Source: Eubacteriales bacterium (GTDB lineage: Bacteria > Bacillota > Clostridia > Oscillospirales > CAG-272). From it: DNA of 61,280 nt. Location: contig JAZSIK010000036.1 in the NCBI GenBank assembly GCA_045533775.1, forward strand, positions 1-61,280. Reading direction: 5' to 3'. The position numbers and the translations under genes are program-made. Numbering within the stretch: position 1 is the stretch's first letter; each line of letters opens with the position of its first letter. The notes beneath the pieces were generated by a model that was not told the origin of the DNA, did no database searches, and was given only the letters and a program-made list of their open reading frames with translations. This document shows, in pieces, positions 9,097 to 19,270 of the stretch.

Positions 9097-9244
9097 ATCG
9101 TTCTCCTTTGTTTTGGAAATCTTTCACTAATATCATTTTACACTAAAGTTATATAAAAGTCAATAGATTGATAAAATACTCCCGCGCGGATTGTTTTTTG
9201 TAAAACTTTATGTTATAATATGTCATATAATAAGGAGAAAAAAT

Positions 9245-10402
9245 ATGTATTCACTACTTCTCGGGGTGATTTATCTTGCATTTATCAGCCTTGGACTACC
9301 CGACTCTACCCTGGGTGCCGCCTGGCCTACTATATATGCAGAGATGAATGTACCCATTTCATATATGGGCATCGTGTCATTCATTATTTCAGCCGGAACC
9401 ATACTCTCGGCTCTCCTGACAGACAGGGCGGTCGGTAAGGTAGGTACAAAGTGGGTGACCTTTATCAGTATACTTATGACCGCCGCGGCGCTGTTTGGCT
9501 TTTCCACAGCAAGTAAGTTCTGGCACTTCTGCATCTGGGGTATCCCTTACGGTCTTGGCGCAGGTGCAATTGATGCCGCTCTGAACAACTATGTTGCCCT
9601 GCACTATAACTCCCGTCATATGAGCTGGCTCCATTGTTTTTGGGGCGTAGGCACGATTATCAGCCCTTTCATTATGACTCTTGCGCTGACAGGGGGAGTC
9701 TGGAATGACGGTTATCGTACCATTTCCCTGATCCAGATCGGTATTGCACTGACAGTACTGCTCTCTTTCCCAATATGGAAGGTAAACAGCAAAAAAGCAG
9801 GCGAGGAAATAAAGGTGACACCCACTCCCATCAAAGAGGCAGTTAAGATCAAGGGTGTTGCTGCCGTTCTGATCGGCTTTTTAGCATACTGCGCCGCAGA
9901 ATGCACGGCTATGCTATGGGCAAGCAGCTATTTTGAGGGTGTTTTCTCGGTTTCAAAGGAGGAGGCAGCATCCCTGGGCTCTCTATTCTTCATCGGAATT
10001 ACGGCAGGCAGATTTATCGCAGGTTTTATAACCGAGAAGCTGGGCGACAGTAAAATGATATTTATCGGCGCGACTGTTGCTATGGCGGGAGTTGTTCTCA
10101 GCGCCATACCGATCAAGGAGATTGCCATTGCGGGATTTGTTATACTCGGCTTTGGCTGTGCGCCTATATATCCCTGTATAATTCATTCAACGCCTATCAG
10201 ATTCGGCGAGGAGCGATCGCAGAGTATTATCGGTATACAGATGGCGTCTGCATATCTGGGCTCAACGGTTATGCCTGCCCTGTTCGGACTTATAGCCAAC
10301 CATATCTCCATAAGGCTTATGCCACTGTATCTCGGTGTTTTTACTATCTTGATGATGGTAATGATCAAAAAGGCAGACAAAGAAACTCTGACAGTAAAAT
10401 AA
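9245..10402 (+). CDS. MFS transporter
   Basis: FISLGLPD..LGAAWP, GLGAGAIDAALNNY, GRF motifs; ~12 TM helices; AAGGAG RBS before ATG 9245. Confidence 0.9.
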   Translation: MYSLLLGVIYLAFISLGLPDSTLGAAWPTIYAEMNVPISYMGIVSFIISAGTILSALLTDRAVGKVGTKWVTFISILMTAAALFGFSTASKFWHFCIWGIPYGLGAGAIDAALNNYVALHYNSRHMSWLHCFWGVGTIISPFIMTLALTGGVWNDGYRTISLIQIGIALTVLLSFPIWKVNSKKAGEEIKVTPTPIKEAVKIKGVAAVLIGFLAYCAAECTAMLWASSYFEGVFSVSKEEAASLGSLFFIGITAGRFIAGFITEKLGDSKMIFIGATVAMAGVVLSAIPIKEIAIAGFVILGFGCAPIYPCIIHSTPIRFGEERSQSIIGIQMASAYLGSTVMPALFGLIANHISIRLMPLYLGVFTILMMVMIKKADKETLTVK

Positions 10403-10430
10403 AAAAAGGGCTCGCGAGAGTCCTTTTTTT
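10402..10430 (+). terminator. Intrinsic terminator
   Basis: A7-GGGCTC-gcga-GAGTCC-T7. Confidence 0.7.
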
Positions 10431-10470
10431 CTGCTTTGAATATAATATAAAAAACCTTTTTGGAGGAAAA

Positions 10471-11004
10471 ATGCTGGTAACAAAGCCTTATAACAGAGAA
10501 AACGCGGTAGCATACGCGCGAAAATACGCCTTTTCACAAAACTCCTTTTTCGGCAACTTTGCCGGAATTGGCGGAAACTGTACGAACTTTGTCTCACAAA
10601 GCGTCTATGCAGGCAGCTGCGAGATGAACTACAAGCCCACGTTCGGCTGGTATTATATATCCTTGGATGACCGCTCGCCGTCCTGGACGGGTGTGGATTA
10701 TTTCTACAATTTTATGATTGAAAATGCCGACATCGGCCCCTTCGGCAGAGTAGCAAACGCAGATGAGCTGGAAATCGGAGATGTGGTACAGCTGGCAAGA
10801 GAGGGTGAGGGATATTATCACTCATTGCTGGTGGTCGGCTTTGACGGAGAGGATATTTTGGTAGCGGCGCAAACCGACAACGCCTATGCAAGACCGCTGT
10901 CAACCTACGACTACGATTACTCAAGATTTATAAAGATACTCGGTGTCAGACTTGAAAACCCCGACGTCACCGACTCCTGTTTTGCTCGGATAATGACCGG
11001 ATAA
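10471..11004 (+). CDS. Amidase_6-domain protein
   Basis: YNRENAVAYARKYA, GGNCTNFVSQ, SPSW, GDVVQ and YYHS motifs. Confidence 0.8.
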   Translation: MLVTKPYNRENAVAYARKYAFSQNSFFGNFAGIGGNCTNFVSQSVYAGSCEMNYKPTFGWYYISLDDRSPSWTGVDYFYNFMIENADIGPFGRVANADELEIGDVVQLAREGEGYYHSLLVVGFDGEDILVAAQTDNAYARPLSTYDYDYSRFIKILGVRLENPDVTDSCFARIMTG

Positions 11005-11057
11005 AGAAAAAATAACCGCATTTTGCATACCTTAGTTTACAAAATGCGGTGTTTTTA

Positions 11058-12122
11058 TTAAAGGTTGATCTTGTTTTCGGTGGTGTAAAGTGCGAGAAGC
11101 TCGCTCTTCTTTTCCTCAATTTCTTCCTTCATCATTTTGATTGTTTCGGGAGAGAACTTATCAAGCTCGCCATCGGTGATCTTACCCTTATAGAGTCGGT
11201 CTATAACGTGGGAATATGCAATATCCACAGCGCAGATGTCACCGTTTCGCTCGCAGATAACCTTGTTAGAGTTGCCGCGGAGAAGCTCCTCTACCGCATA
11301 TACTCCCATCTTGGAAGCAAGCACTCTGTCCTTAAGTGTGGGGTTACCGCCTCTTACAATGTGAGCAAGGCGGGCAAACTTTGTCTCAACGCCGGTTTCT
11401 TCCTGAATCTTCTTAGCCAGAGCGGGCGCATATTCAGAGCCAACGCCCTCGGATACGATAACGATGAAATTACGCTTGCCAAGCTCTCTTGCGCGCTTGA
11501 TCTTCTTACATATATTATCATCACTGTGGGGGAACTCGGGAACAACAACCGCAGTAGCGCCCGAGGCAATAGCGGTATTCAGAGCTATATCACCCGCGCC
11601 GCGACCCATAACCTCAACGACGTTACATCTGGCGTGAGACTCACAGGTATCACGAAGCTTGTCTACAAGCTCAATTACTGTGTTCATAGCGGTGTCAAAG
11701 CCGATAGTGTTATCGGTGGAGGTAATATCGTTATCAATGGTTGCAGGAATACCGATACAGGGAACTCCCTCCTCGGTAAGTCTGGTAGCGCCCTGGAAGG
11801 TACCGTCACCGCCAATGCAGATAATACCCTCAATGCCCAGCCTCTTGCAGTTGGCAATACCCTTAGCTCTTACGGCAGGGTCCTTGAACTCAGGACAGCG
11901 GTCGGAGTACAGAATTGTACCGCCCTTATTTATTACGTTGGAAACATCTCTGATCTCCATAGGTCTGATGTCCCCCTCAATAAGACCCGAGTATCCGCGG
12001 AAAATACCCATAACCTCTACGCCACGGGTAAGCGCGGTACGGCAAACCGCTCTGACAGCGGCATTCATTCCGGGCGCATCACCGCCGGATGTAAGCACGG
12101 CAATCTTCTTTATATCACTCAT
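11058..12122 (-). CDS. pfkA: ATP-dependent 6-phosphofructokinase
   Basis: VLTSGGDAPGMNAA, IGGDGT, PATIDND, GFDTA and EVMGR motifs. Confidence 0.95.
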   Translation of the reverse strand: MSDIKKIAVLTSGGDAPGMNAAVRAVCRTALTRGVEVMGIFRGYSGLIEGDIRPMEIRDVSNVINKGGTILYSDRCPEFKDPAVRAKGIANCKRLGIEGIICIGGDGTFQGATRLTEEGVPCIGIPATIDNDITSTDNTIGFDTAMNTVIELVDKLRDTCESHARCNVVEVMGRGAGDIALNTAIASGATAVVVPEFPHSDDNICKKIKRARELGKRNFIVIVSEGVGSEYAPALAKKIQEETGVETKFARLAHIVRGGNPTLKDRVLASKMGVYAVEELLRGNSNKVICERNGDICAVDIAYSHVIDRLYKGKITDGELDKFSPETIKMMKEEIEEKKSELLALYTTENKINL

Positions 12123-12302
12123 TTTTTACTAAAATCCTCGCTTGCTAAAATATTAACTAAACTATTATACAACATCTTTCTCATTTTTTCAATCCCAAAT
12201 TAACTTTTTTTCGTATTTTTAGCTCGTTACATTATCATTTTGTCACTATAAACAAAAAATAAAAATACTTTTTCATAATTATGTAAAATATTTGCATAAA
12301 CA

Positions 12303-12331
12303 TTGACAAATAGAGTAAATAATGATATAAT
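12303..12331 (+). promoter_or_regulatory. Consensus sigma-A promoter of the mgsA-like operon
   Basis: TTGACA, 17-bp spacer, TG-A-TATAAT. Confidence 0.8.
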
Positions 12332-12384
12332 AATTAAAGATTTTATGACTTTTGTGTTATTTTTTGAGGATTGGAGAGTTGATT

Positions 12385-12819
12385 ATGGAAATCGCAATCA
12401 TAGCAGACGACAATAAGAAAGAGTTGATGGCACAGTTCTGCATCGCATACTGTGGCATTCTCAGCCGTCACCATCTTTGCGCTACACATACTACGGGAAA
12501 ATATATTTCTGATGCTACGGGTCTTGAGATTGAGACCTATATGCCGGGTTATAGCGGCGGTACAGAGCAGATTAATTCCAGAATATCATATAACGAGATA
12601 GATCTGGTCTTCTATTTCAGAAGCACCGATCACGCAAAGGAGTCTACCGAGGCAGAGCAGGATCTGTTCAGGCTCTGTGATGTGAATAACATTCCCCTGG
12701 CAACCAATATTGCTACTGCAGAGGTTCTCGTTACCGCGCTTGAGGCGGGCAGCTTTGATTGGCGCGAGTTTATTAACCCCAGAAGCGCGTATAATCAGAG
12801 AAAAAGAGCATTAAGATAA
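12385..12819 (+). CDS. mgsA: Methylglyoxal-synthase-like protein with degenerate catalytic residues
   Basis: IAIIADDNKK, ATHTTG, TGL and LCDVNNIPLATNIATAE give the MGS fold; GGD and HEPD motifs are absent. Confidence 0.8.
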   Translation: MEIAIIADDNKKELMAQFCIAYCGILSRHHLCATHTTGKYISDATGLEIETYMPGYSGGTEQINSRISYNEIDLVFYFRSTDHAKESTEAEQDLFRLCDVNNIPLATNIATAEVLVTALEAGSFDWREFINPRSAYNQRKRALR

Positions 12820-12871
12820 TGATATGAAGCGGTAGCCAAGGCTACCGTTTCGTCTTTTGTGAGGTGTTTTT

Positions 12872-13321
12872 GTGACTAAAATTACAGAGGTAAAAATACG
12901 AATTGAGGCCGTGATAGATAATCTTGACGATGCCGGCCTTGCCGTAGGTGATCGGGAGCATACCGCCAGCGAGGCAGAAGGCTTTCTCAGATATGCCGAC
13001 GGCGACATCACTCTTACATACAGTGAGGAAAACGAGGGCGGCCGCGCCGACTCCGAGATTTCGGTAATCGGCAAGCGTGTTACCGTAACGAGACACGGCA
13101 ACATTGAGAGTGAGATGGTCTTTGAGGAGGGTATATGCCACTCCTCGGTCTATTCCCTGCCCCCATACAGATTTGACGCCACCGTCTGCGCGAAGCGAAT
13201 CAGGTGTGATGTGGGATCTGACGGAGGAAAAATTGATCTGCTCTACAATATGAATATAGGCGGAGCGGAAAAGATGACAAGGATGAAAATATGGATATCG
13301 CCCAGTTCAAATCAAATCTGA
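12872..13321 (+). CDS. DUF1934-family protein
   Basis: LTYSEE...VTVTRHGNIESEMVFEEG...Y pattern; small beta-rich protein upstream of holA. Confidence 0.65.
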   Translation: MTKITEVKIRIEAVIDNLDDAGLAVGDREHTASEAEGFLRYADGDITLTYSEENEGGRADSEISVIGKRVTVTRHGNIESEMVFEEGICHSSVYSLPPYRFDATVCAKRIRCDVGSDGGKIDLLYNMNIGGAEKMTRMKIWISPSSNQI

Positions 13322-14319
13322 AAAATAACAATATAGCAGGCGTGTATCTTTTTTCCGGCGAGGAGGACTATCTGGTAAGATATTATCTGAATGCCCTGAG
13401 GGAAAAGGTTGCGCCCGACGAAGCCTTTGCGGTCTTTAACAACCCCGTATACGACGGTGAGGATGTGGACTTTGCCGCTATTATTGAGGCGGTCAAGGCT
13501 CCTCCTATGATGGCGGACTACAAGCTGATAGAGTGGCGGCACGCCGACCTTTCGGGTATGAAGGAGGCGGAGATGGACTCCTTTGAGGAGCTTGTTGATG
13601 TGTGCGCGGAGCACCCCTTCTCCATCGTTGCCTTTACCGCGGGGGCGGAGGGCGTTGATCTCGGAACACAGAAAAAGCCCTCGGCATTTGTCAAGAGATT
13701 CGGTGACAAAATCAGTATTCTCAACTTTGACAGATCTACAGAGAACCAGCTTTACGCCTGGCTGAAAAGGCACTTTGACGCGCAGGGCATCAGCGTTAAT
13801 CTTGACACCGTCAAGGCTCTCGTATTTCGCTCGGGCAGATCTATGGATGTGTTGGCAACAGAGGTGGACAAGCTCTGCGCTCTCGCCCACGCTCGCGGCA
13901 AGGATAGTGTAAGCGCCGAGGATGTGAACGAGGTCGCCTCTTCCACCCCCGAGTGCGATACCTTTGCCCTCTCAAACGCCATAATTGACCGCAGCAAGCA
14001 TAGAGCGTATCTCGCCCTTGAGGATCTGAAGCTCAGGCGAATTGATGCCACCGTGGTTATGGGTATGATCGCCCGCACCTTTGACGACCTGGCGGCAATT
14101 GCACATCTGCTTGACGAAGGTCTTGGCGCCGGCGAGATCAAGGACATTCTGAAAATGAACGAATACCGACTTAAAATATATATCCCCTCAGCCAAGAGAT
14201 ACGGATCCAAAAAGCTATCCGAGATCCTGCGACTTCTTGCGGAGGCGGATGCCGGCTCAAAATACGGCGGCGTCACGGGATACACGGCAATAGAGTTATT
14301 TTTATCAAGAAACTTATAA
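13291..14319 (+). CDS. holA: DNA polymerase III subunit delta
   Basis: YLFSGEEDYL, PMMADYKLI, EVDKLC, FALSNAI and D...KYG motifs; 342 aa. Confidence 0.88.
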   Translation: MDIAQFKSNLKNNNIAGVYLFSGEEDYLVRYYLNALREKVAPDEAFAVFNNPVYDGEDVDFAAIIEAVKAPPMMADYKLIEWRHADLSGMKEAEMDSFEELVDVCAEHPFSIVAFTAGAEGVDLGTQKKPSAFVKRFGDKISILNFDRSTENQLYAWLKRHFDAQGISVNLDTVKALVFRSGRSMDVLATEVDKLCALAHARGKDSVSAEDVNEVASSTPECDTFALSNAIIDRSKHRAYLALEDLKLRRIDATVVMGMIARTFDDLAAIAHLLDEGLGAGEIKDILKMNEYRLKIYIPSAKRYGSKKLSEILRLLAEADAGSKYGGVTGYTAIELFLSRNL

Positions 14320-14331
14320 GAGGATAGAAAA

Positions 14332-15075
14332 ATGAAAAGAATTGTTAGCATTTTACTCGCTTTTACTATTATTTTTGGTTGTTTGGCAGTACTCAACTCC
14401 TGCGCCGATGATAAAATGGGTACAGGTGCCTGTGAATATCTTGAGACCCGCAGCACCGAGGGCAGAGATGTCAAATATGTTGAGATGTGTATACAGGGAT
14501 ACGGCAGACTTGTCATTCTCCTTGATGCCACCACCGCACCTGTAACTGTTGAAAACTTTATCTCGCTTGTTGAGAGGGGCTTTTATGACGGACTTACCTT
14601 CCACAGAATTATCATTGACTTTATGATCCAGGGCGGCGACCCCAAGGCCGACGGCACAGGCGGAAACACCGATGAAAACGGCAAGGAAATCAACATCAAG
14701 GGTGAGTTTGACAGCAACGGCCACTATAACGACATAAGTCATATTGAGGGTGTTATCTCTATGGCAAGAAGCAACGACCCTGACTCCGCCTCCAGCCAGT
14801 TCTTTATCTGCAACGCAGATGCCTCCGACTCTCTTGATGAAAACTATGCCGCATTTGGCTATGTGGTTGAGGGCCTCAGCATTATTCACGAGGTGACTGA
14901 GGACGCATTCCCCAAGACTGCATACGCAGATTACTACAACAACTGGACGATTGATCCCTACTTTGGCACCTACAAGCACTATGTATGGAACTATTACGGC
15001 AATGGAACTATTGAAAACAAGGCAGATCAGCCTGTAATCAAGTATATAAAGGTTCTTGACAGCTGGTCAAAATAA
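14332..15075 (+). CDS. Cyclophilin-type peptidyl-prolyl isomerase, lipoprotein
   Basis: APVTVENF, FYDGLTFHRII, MIQGGDP, ISMAR and SASSQFFI motifs; lipobox LNSC. Confidence 0.92.
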   Translation: MKRIVSILLAFTIIFGCLAVLNSCADDKMGTGACEYLETRSTEGRDVKYVEMCIQGYGRLVILLDATTAPVTVENFISLVERGFYDGLTFHRIIIDFMIQGGDPKADGTGGNTDENGKEINIKGEFDSNGHYNDISHIEGVISMARSNDPDSASSQFFICNADASDSLDENYAAFGYVVEGLSIIHEVTEDAFPKTAYADYYNNWTIDPYFGTYKHYVWNYYGNGTIENKADQPVIKYIKVLDSWSK

Positions 15076-15091
15076 TCATCAGGACAGAAAA

Positions 15092-16099
15092 ATGAGCAAG
15101 CTATTTATTCCCCAAGACTACAAATCGCCCGCCGACGTTTACAGAACACAGAAGGCGATCTCATTCATAAAACAGACCTTTCAGGTAAGACTTGCCGAGG
15201 CGCTTAACCTGAAGCGCGTGTCGGCACCTCTGTTTGTCACCGAGGCATCCGGTCTTAACGATAATCTGAACGGCACAGAACGCCCCGTATCCTTTGATGT
15301 ACCCGCGATAGGCGAGGACGTACAGGTCGTTCATTCGCTGGCAAAATGGAAGCGTATGGCTCTCCACGAATATCACTTCTATGTAGGCAACGGTCTGTAT
15401 ACCGATATGAACGCTATAAGGCGCGACGAGGAGCTTGATAACATACACTCCATATATGTTGACCAGTGGGACTGGGAGCGGGTTATCACAAGAGAGGACC
15501 GCACCCTTGATTATTTGAAGAGCGTGGCACAGCAGATCGTAAATGTTATCTGCGATACGAACAATCTTTTGCGGGTGGATTTCCCAGAATGTGCAGTTGA
15601 CCTCTGCCGCGATATATATGCCATAACCACCTCCGAGCTTGAAAAGATGTATCCCGATCTGACACCAAAGCAGAGAGAGGATGCAATAACCAAGAAGCAC
15701 AGGACCGTTCTTCTGATGCAGATAGGCGACAAGCTTCAGAGCGGAAGTCCCCACGACGGACGCGCCCCCGACTATGATGACTGGTCGCTGAACGGAGATA
15801 TTCTCTTCTACAACGAGCTGCTTGACCGCGCCTTTGAGATCTCGTCTATGGGTATCAGAGTGGATGAAAAATCTCTTGACTATCAGCTGCGCGAGCGCGG
15901 ATGCGATGACAGGCGCACACTTCCCTTCCACAAAAAGCTGCTGGCAGGCGAGCTACCGCTCACCATTGGCGGCGGTATCGGTCAGTCCCGTCTCTGTATG
16001 CTGATGATGGGCAGAGCCCATATAGGCGAGGTTCAGTCCAGCGTATGGGATGAGGAAACTATTAACGGCTGCCGCGCGGCAGAAATTAAATTACTATAA
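15092..16099 (+). CDS. asnA: Aspartate--ammonia ligase
   Basis: VHSLAKWKR, HSIYVDQWDWE, RAPDYDDW, SSMGIRV and TIGGGIGQSR motifs. Confidence 0.96.
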   Translation: MSKLFIPQDYKSPADVYRTQKAISFIKQTFQVRLAEALNLKRVSAPLFVTEASGLNDNLNGTERPVSFDVPAIGEDVQVVHSLAKWKRMALHEYHFYVGNGLYTDMNAIRRDEELDNIHSIYVDQWDWERVITREDRTLDYLKSVAQQIVNVICDTNNLLRVDFPECAVDLCRDIYAITTSELEKMYPDLTPKQREDAITKKHRTVLLMQIGDKLQSGSPHDGRAPDYDDWSLNGDILFYNELLDRAFEISSMGIRVDEKSLDYQLRERGCDDRRTLPFHKKLLAGELPLTIGGGIGQSRLCMLMMGRAHIGEVQSSVWDEETINGCRAAEIKLL

Positions 16100-16154
16100 A
16101 AAAGGGAGCATAACGCTCCCTTTACTAACAAAATGTAAACTATGGTTAGAAAAG

Positions 16155-19100
16155 ATGATAAAAATTACAGCCTTAAACAAAAAATATAAAACCAAGAAGC
16201 GCAAGGAGTGTCACGCTCTTAACAACATTAATCTAACCCTGCCCAACAGGGGTCTGGTGTTTGTGCTTGGTAAGAGCGGTAGCGGTAAGTCTACTCTGCT
16301 GAATCTCATTGGCGGCCTAGATAGTATTACAAGCGGCAGAATTGAGGTTGACGGAAACGACCTTTCTACTTTCAAGGAAAAGGACTTTTGTAACTACCGT
16401 AACACCCACGTGGGATTTATCTTCCAGGATTATCACCTTATAGACGAGCTGACGGTGTATGAGAATATTGTGCTTTCGCTTAATTTAAGGCGCATTGAGG
16501 ACAAGGAGCTTGTCAAGGCGGCACTTGAAAAGGTTGACCTTGCAGGCTATGAGGACAGATACCCCACCGAGCTTTCTGGCGGTGAGCAGCAGAGAGTTGC
16601 TATTGCGAGAGCGATAGTGAAAAATCCTCGCATTATCCTCGCAGACGAGCCTACGGGAAATCTTGACACACATACCGCAAAGGCAATAGTTGAGCTTCTT
16701 AAGGAGCTGTCAAAGGACTGTCTTATCCTTATCGTTTCCCACAACGTCAATGATGCCAATTCCTACGCAGACCGTATTATTGAGCTTTCAAAGGGTAAGA
16801 TAATCTCCGACAAGTCAAGAAATCCCGAGTTTGCCGATGAAATGACGCTTTCAAATGGTGAGCTTGTCTATCCCGACGGCTTGATACTGAAGGATAGAGA
16901 TATTGATTTTATAAATGATAATCTTAATAAAAGATTTATCAAACGCGCCGACAAATTTATTGACAGCCCTGAGATTTTTGGCAAATCCCCGAAAACCAAA
17001 ATTGAGAACAAGAGCCTCTCGCCCGGCAAGGAACTAAATCTTTCAGGTAAGTTTTTGAAAAACAAAACTCTTGTTATCTCCTTCTCTGCCTTTATGGTGT
17101 CGGTTATTATGGTTATTATGGCTCTGGCGCAGACCATAGTCAACTTTAACGGCAGCCACATCATCGCCGACGAGATGGCGAAGGGCCATCAAAGCTCTAT
17201 TCTTATGAATAAGGTTGTGGATGATGAAACGCAGGCACGTCTTGACGGGAATTACCGTGTAAAGGTAGACGATGGCGATATTCAGGCCTTATATGATGCA
17301 GGATATACGGGAGAGATTTATCCTGTTTTGAATGTATCCGTACCTGTTTCCTCATATGGTAATGCATCCGGAAAAGTTATGTCTTGTTTTTCCAATTACC
17401 ACATCTATCTTCGCGAATCACTTGGAACTATGGTGGTAGATGAGACATTCTTTGAAAGCAAATACGGTGAAATAAAGTATTTATCTAAGTTGGATACATT
17501 TGATCCAAGTGGTGTTATAATTACGGACTATGTAGCCGATTCTATCTTGTTTAACAACACAAAATACACAGGAAAAACTTATGACGATATAGTTGGAATG
17601 TATTATTATCCCGGTTTTTCCTATGTAAATCTGACGATAAATGCTATCATAGATACAGGATATAAGGAAAAGCACAAGGCGTTATTTGAAAAGCTATCGG
17701 ATGCAAAAGAATTTGATATAACAAAGATGTACGAAGATAGCGCATTTACCGATTTTTTCAACGATGTATATGATGGACTGGGCTACTCCTATACTACAAA
17801 CCCGGATTTTGTTTCTGATTATGTAGATAAAGCGATTATTCATCACGGTGTATTCTATCAAAAGTTAATGGTCAACGGCTATAAGCAGATTGGTGGAGAA
17901 GGCTCGTATGGAGTCGTAATGATTCGCGGTGAAAAGCAGAACACCAATATAGTTGCAGCTTGGTATTATACAAACACTCCGCCGCATATTCCACACAAGG
18001 CAAAGTATATACGAGTTTCATATGGCACCTCTTCAAATGTAGATCAAGCTATTAATGATAATGAAGAATTGCAAAATCTACCTGCCGCACAAAAGGGATA
18101 TGCCCACCTTGTGTTTTCAAACGGATATGAGGTTGAAAAGGAAAAGCTTAACTACAAAAATTACTCCTGGCTAGATAAGAACAACGGTGAAACATCTTAT
18201 CAGTTTGATCGTCCTACGTCATATGTTTCAGATTATATAGAAATCCCCGATGGAGCAACCATTTCAGAGCTTTGTACATTTGCCGCATACGGATATGCAT
18301 ACTGCACTTATTACGATGAAAATAAGAACTTTATTTCATCCATACCTGTGGGGGGATATGATCCAATTCGCGGATTCGCTCCAATTGAAGATAATACCGT
18401 AATAATGAATTATCAGCATTATAATGATATTTTTGGAACGAATTATGATGAAAGCAGTTTAGATGAATTCGTTCCTCACGAGATAACTTTGACACAGTAC
18501 AGACTTTATGATGCAGATTGTAGCGAACCGATAGCATCCGTTGAAGTAACTGTAATTGGGCTTCGTACCACTAATATGAGTCTTGGTGATAATCTCATAG
18601 AGCTTTTTTCAGAAACTGGAATATATGTAAACGCTATTTATCTTGACGGAACTGATGGCATAGGTAATGCTCTCAACGTAGCAGAGGAGCTGAACTACGA
18701 GCCGCAGAGTGTTTCTGTTGAGGGTATTCACTCTATGACTCGGGCGGTTGACGTTTTCGTGCCTATATTTGAGCTGATTTCTATTTTCCTGTATATCGGT
18801 GTGATATTCATCCTGATGAACTTCGCTTCAAAGATGATAAACGACAAAATGCACGAGATAGGAATACTGAAAGCACTCGGTACGAAAAATGGCTCTATTG
18901 GCGTAGTGTTTGGGCTTCAAGTGGGGCTTATTGCCCTGCTTACCTGCGGACTGTCAACCCTTGGATATTATCTGTTTATTGACGTGGCGAACGATATACT
19001 TATAGAGTCAATTCACAGAATTGCGCCCAGTTGGACGCTGCCTGATCTGCAGTTCCTCACGTTTAAGCCTGAAATCGCGCTGATGAACTGTATTCTTATC

Positions 19101-19187
19101 TTTGCCCTCGCCTTTGTTTCGCTCATTTTCCCGATGATAAAGATCAAGGCGATTAAGCCTGTAAAGATTATAAAAGCAAAGGAATAA
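16155..19187 (+). CDS. Fused ABC ATPase/FtsX-type permease (MacB-like) with a large extracellular domain
   Basis: [23 protein letters not shown] and [11 protein letters not shown] motifs; C-terminal EIGILKALG permease. Confidence 0.9.
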   Translation: MIKITALNKKYKTKKRKECHALNNINLTLPNRGLVFVLGKSGSGKSTLLNLIGGLDSITSGRIEVDGNDLSTFKEKDFCNYRNTHVGFIFQDYHLIDELTVYENIVLSLNLRRIEDKELVKAALEKVDLAGYEDRYPTELSGGEQQRVAIARAIVKNPRIILADEPTGNLDTHTAKAIVELLKELSKDCLILIVSHNVNDANSYADRIIELSKGKIISDKSRNPEFADEMTLSNGELVYPDGLILKDRDIDFINDNLNKRFIKRADKFIDSPEIFGKSPKTKIENKSLSPGKELNLSGKFLKNKTLVISFSAFMVSVIMVIMALAQTIVNFNGSHIIADEMAKGHQSSILMNKVVDDETQARLDGNYRVKVDDGDIQALYDAGYTGEIYPVLNVSVPVSSYGNASGKVMSCFSNYHIYLRESLGTMVVDETFFESKYGEIKYLSKLDTFDPSGVIITDYVADSILFNNTKYTGKTYDDIVGMYYYPGFSYVNLTINAIIDTGYKEKHKALFEKLSDAKEFDITKMYEDSAFTDFFNDVYDGLGYSYTTNPDFVSDYVDKAIIHHGVFYQKLMVNGYKQIGGEGSYGVVMIRGEKQNTNIVAAWYYTNTPPHIPHKAKYIRVSYGTSSNVDQAINDNEELQNLPAAQKGYAHLVFSNGYEVEKEKLNYKNYSWLDKNNGETSYQFDRPTSYVSDYIEIPDGATISELCTFAAYGYAYCTYYDENKNFISSIPVGGYDPIRGFAPIEDNTVIMNYQHYNDIFGTNYDESSLDEFVPHEITLTQYRLYDADCSEPIASVEVTVIGLRTTNMSLGDNLIELFSETGIYVNAIYLDGTDGIGNALNVAEELNYEPQSVSVEGIHSMTRAVDVFVPIFELISIFLYIGVIFILMNFASKMINDKMHEIGILKALGTKNGSIGVVFGLQVGLIALLTCGLSTLGYYLFIDVANDILIESIHRIAPSWTLPDLQFLTFKPEIALMNCILIFALAFVSLIFPMIKIKAIKPVKIIKAKE

Positions 19188-19211
19188 ATGTTTGTATTAA
19201 TTAACAAAAAT

Positions 19212-19243
19212 AAAAGCGACTTCAAAATTGAAGTCGCTTTTTT
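19212..19243. terminator. Bidirectional terminator between the ABC gene and the pyr operon
   Basis: AAAAGCGACTTCAA-aa-TTGAAGTCGCTTTTTT. Confidence 0.85.
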
Positions 19244-19270
19244 AATTCTGCATTTTGCATTCTGCATTCA

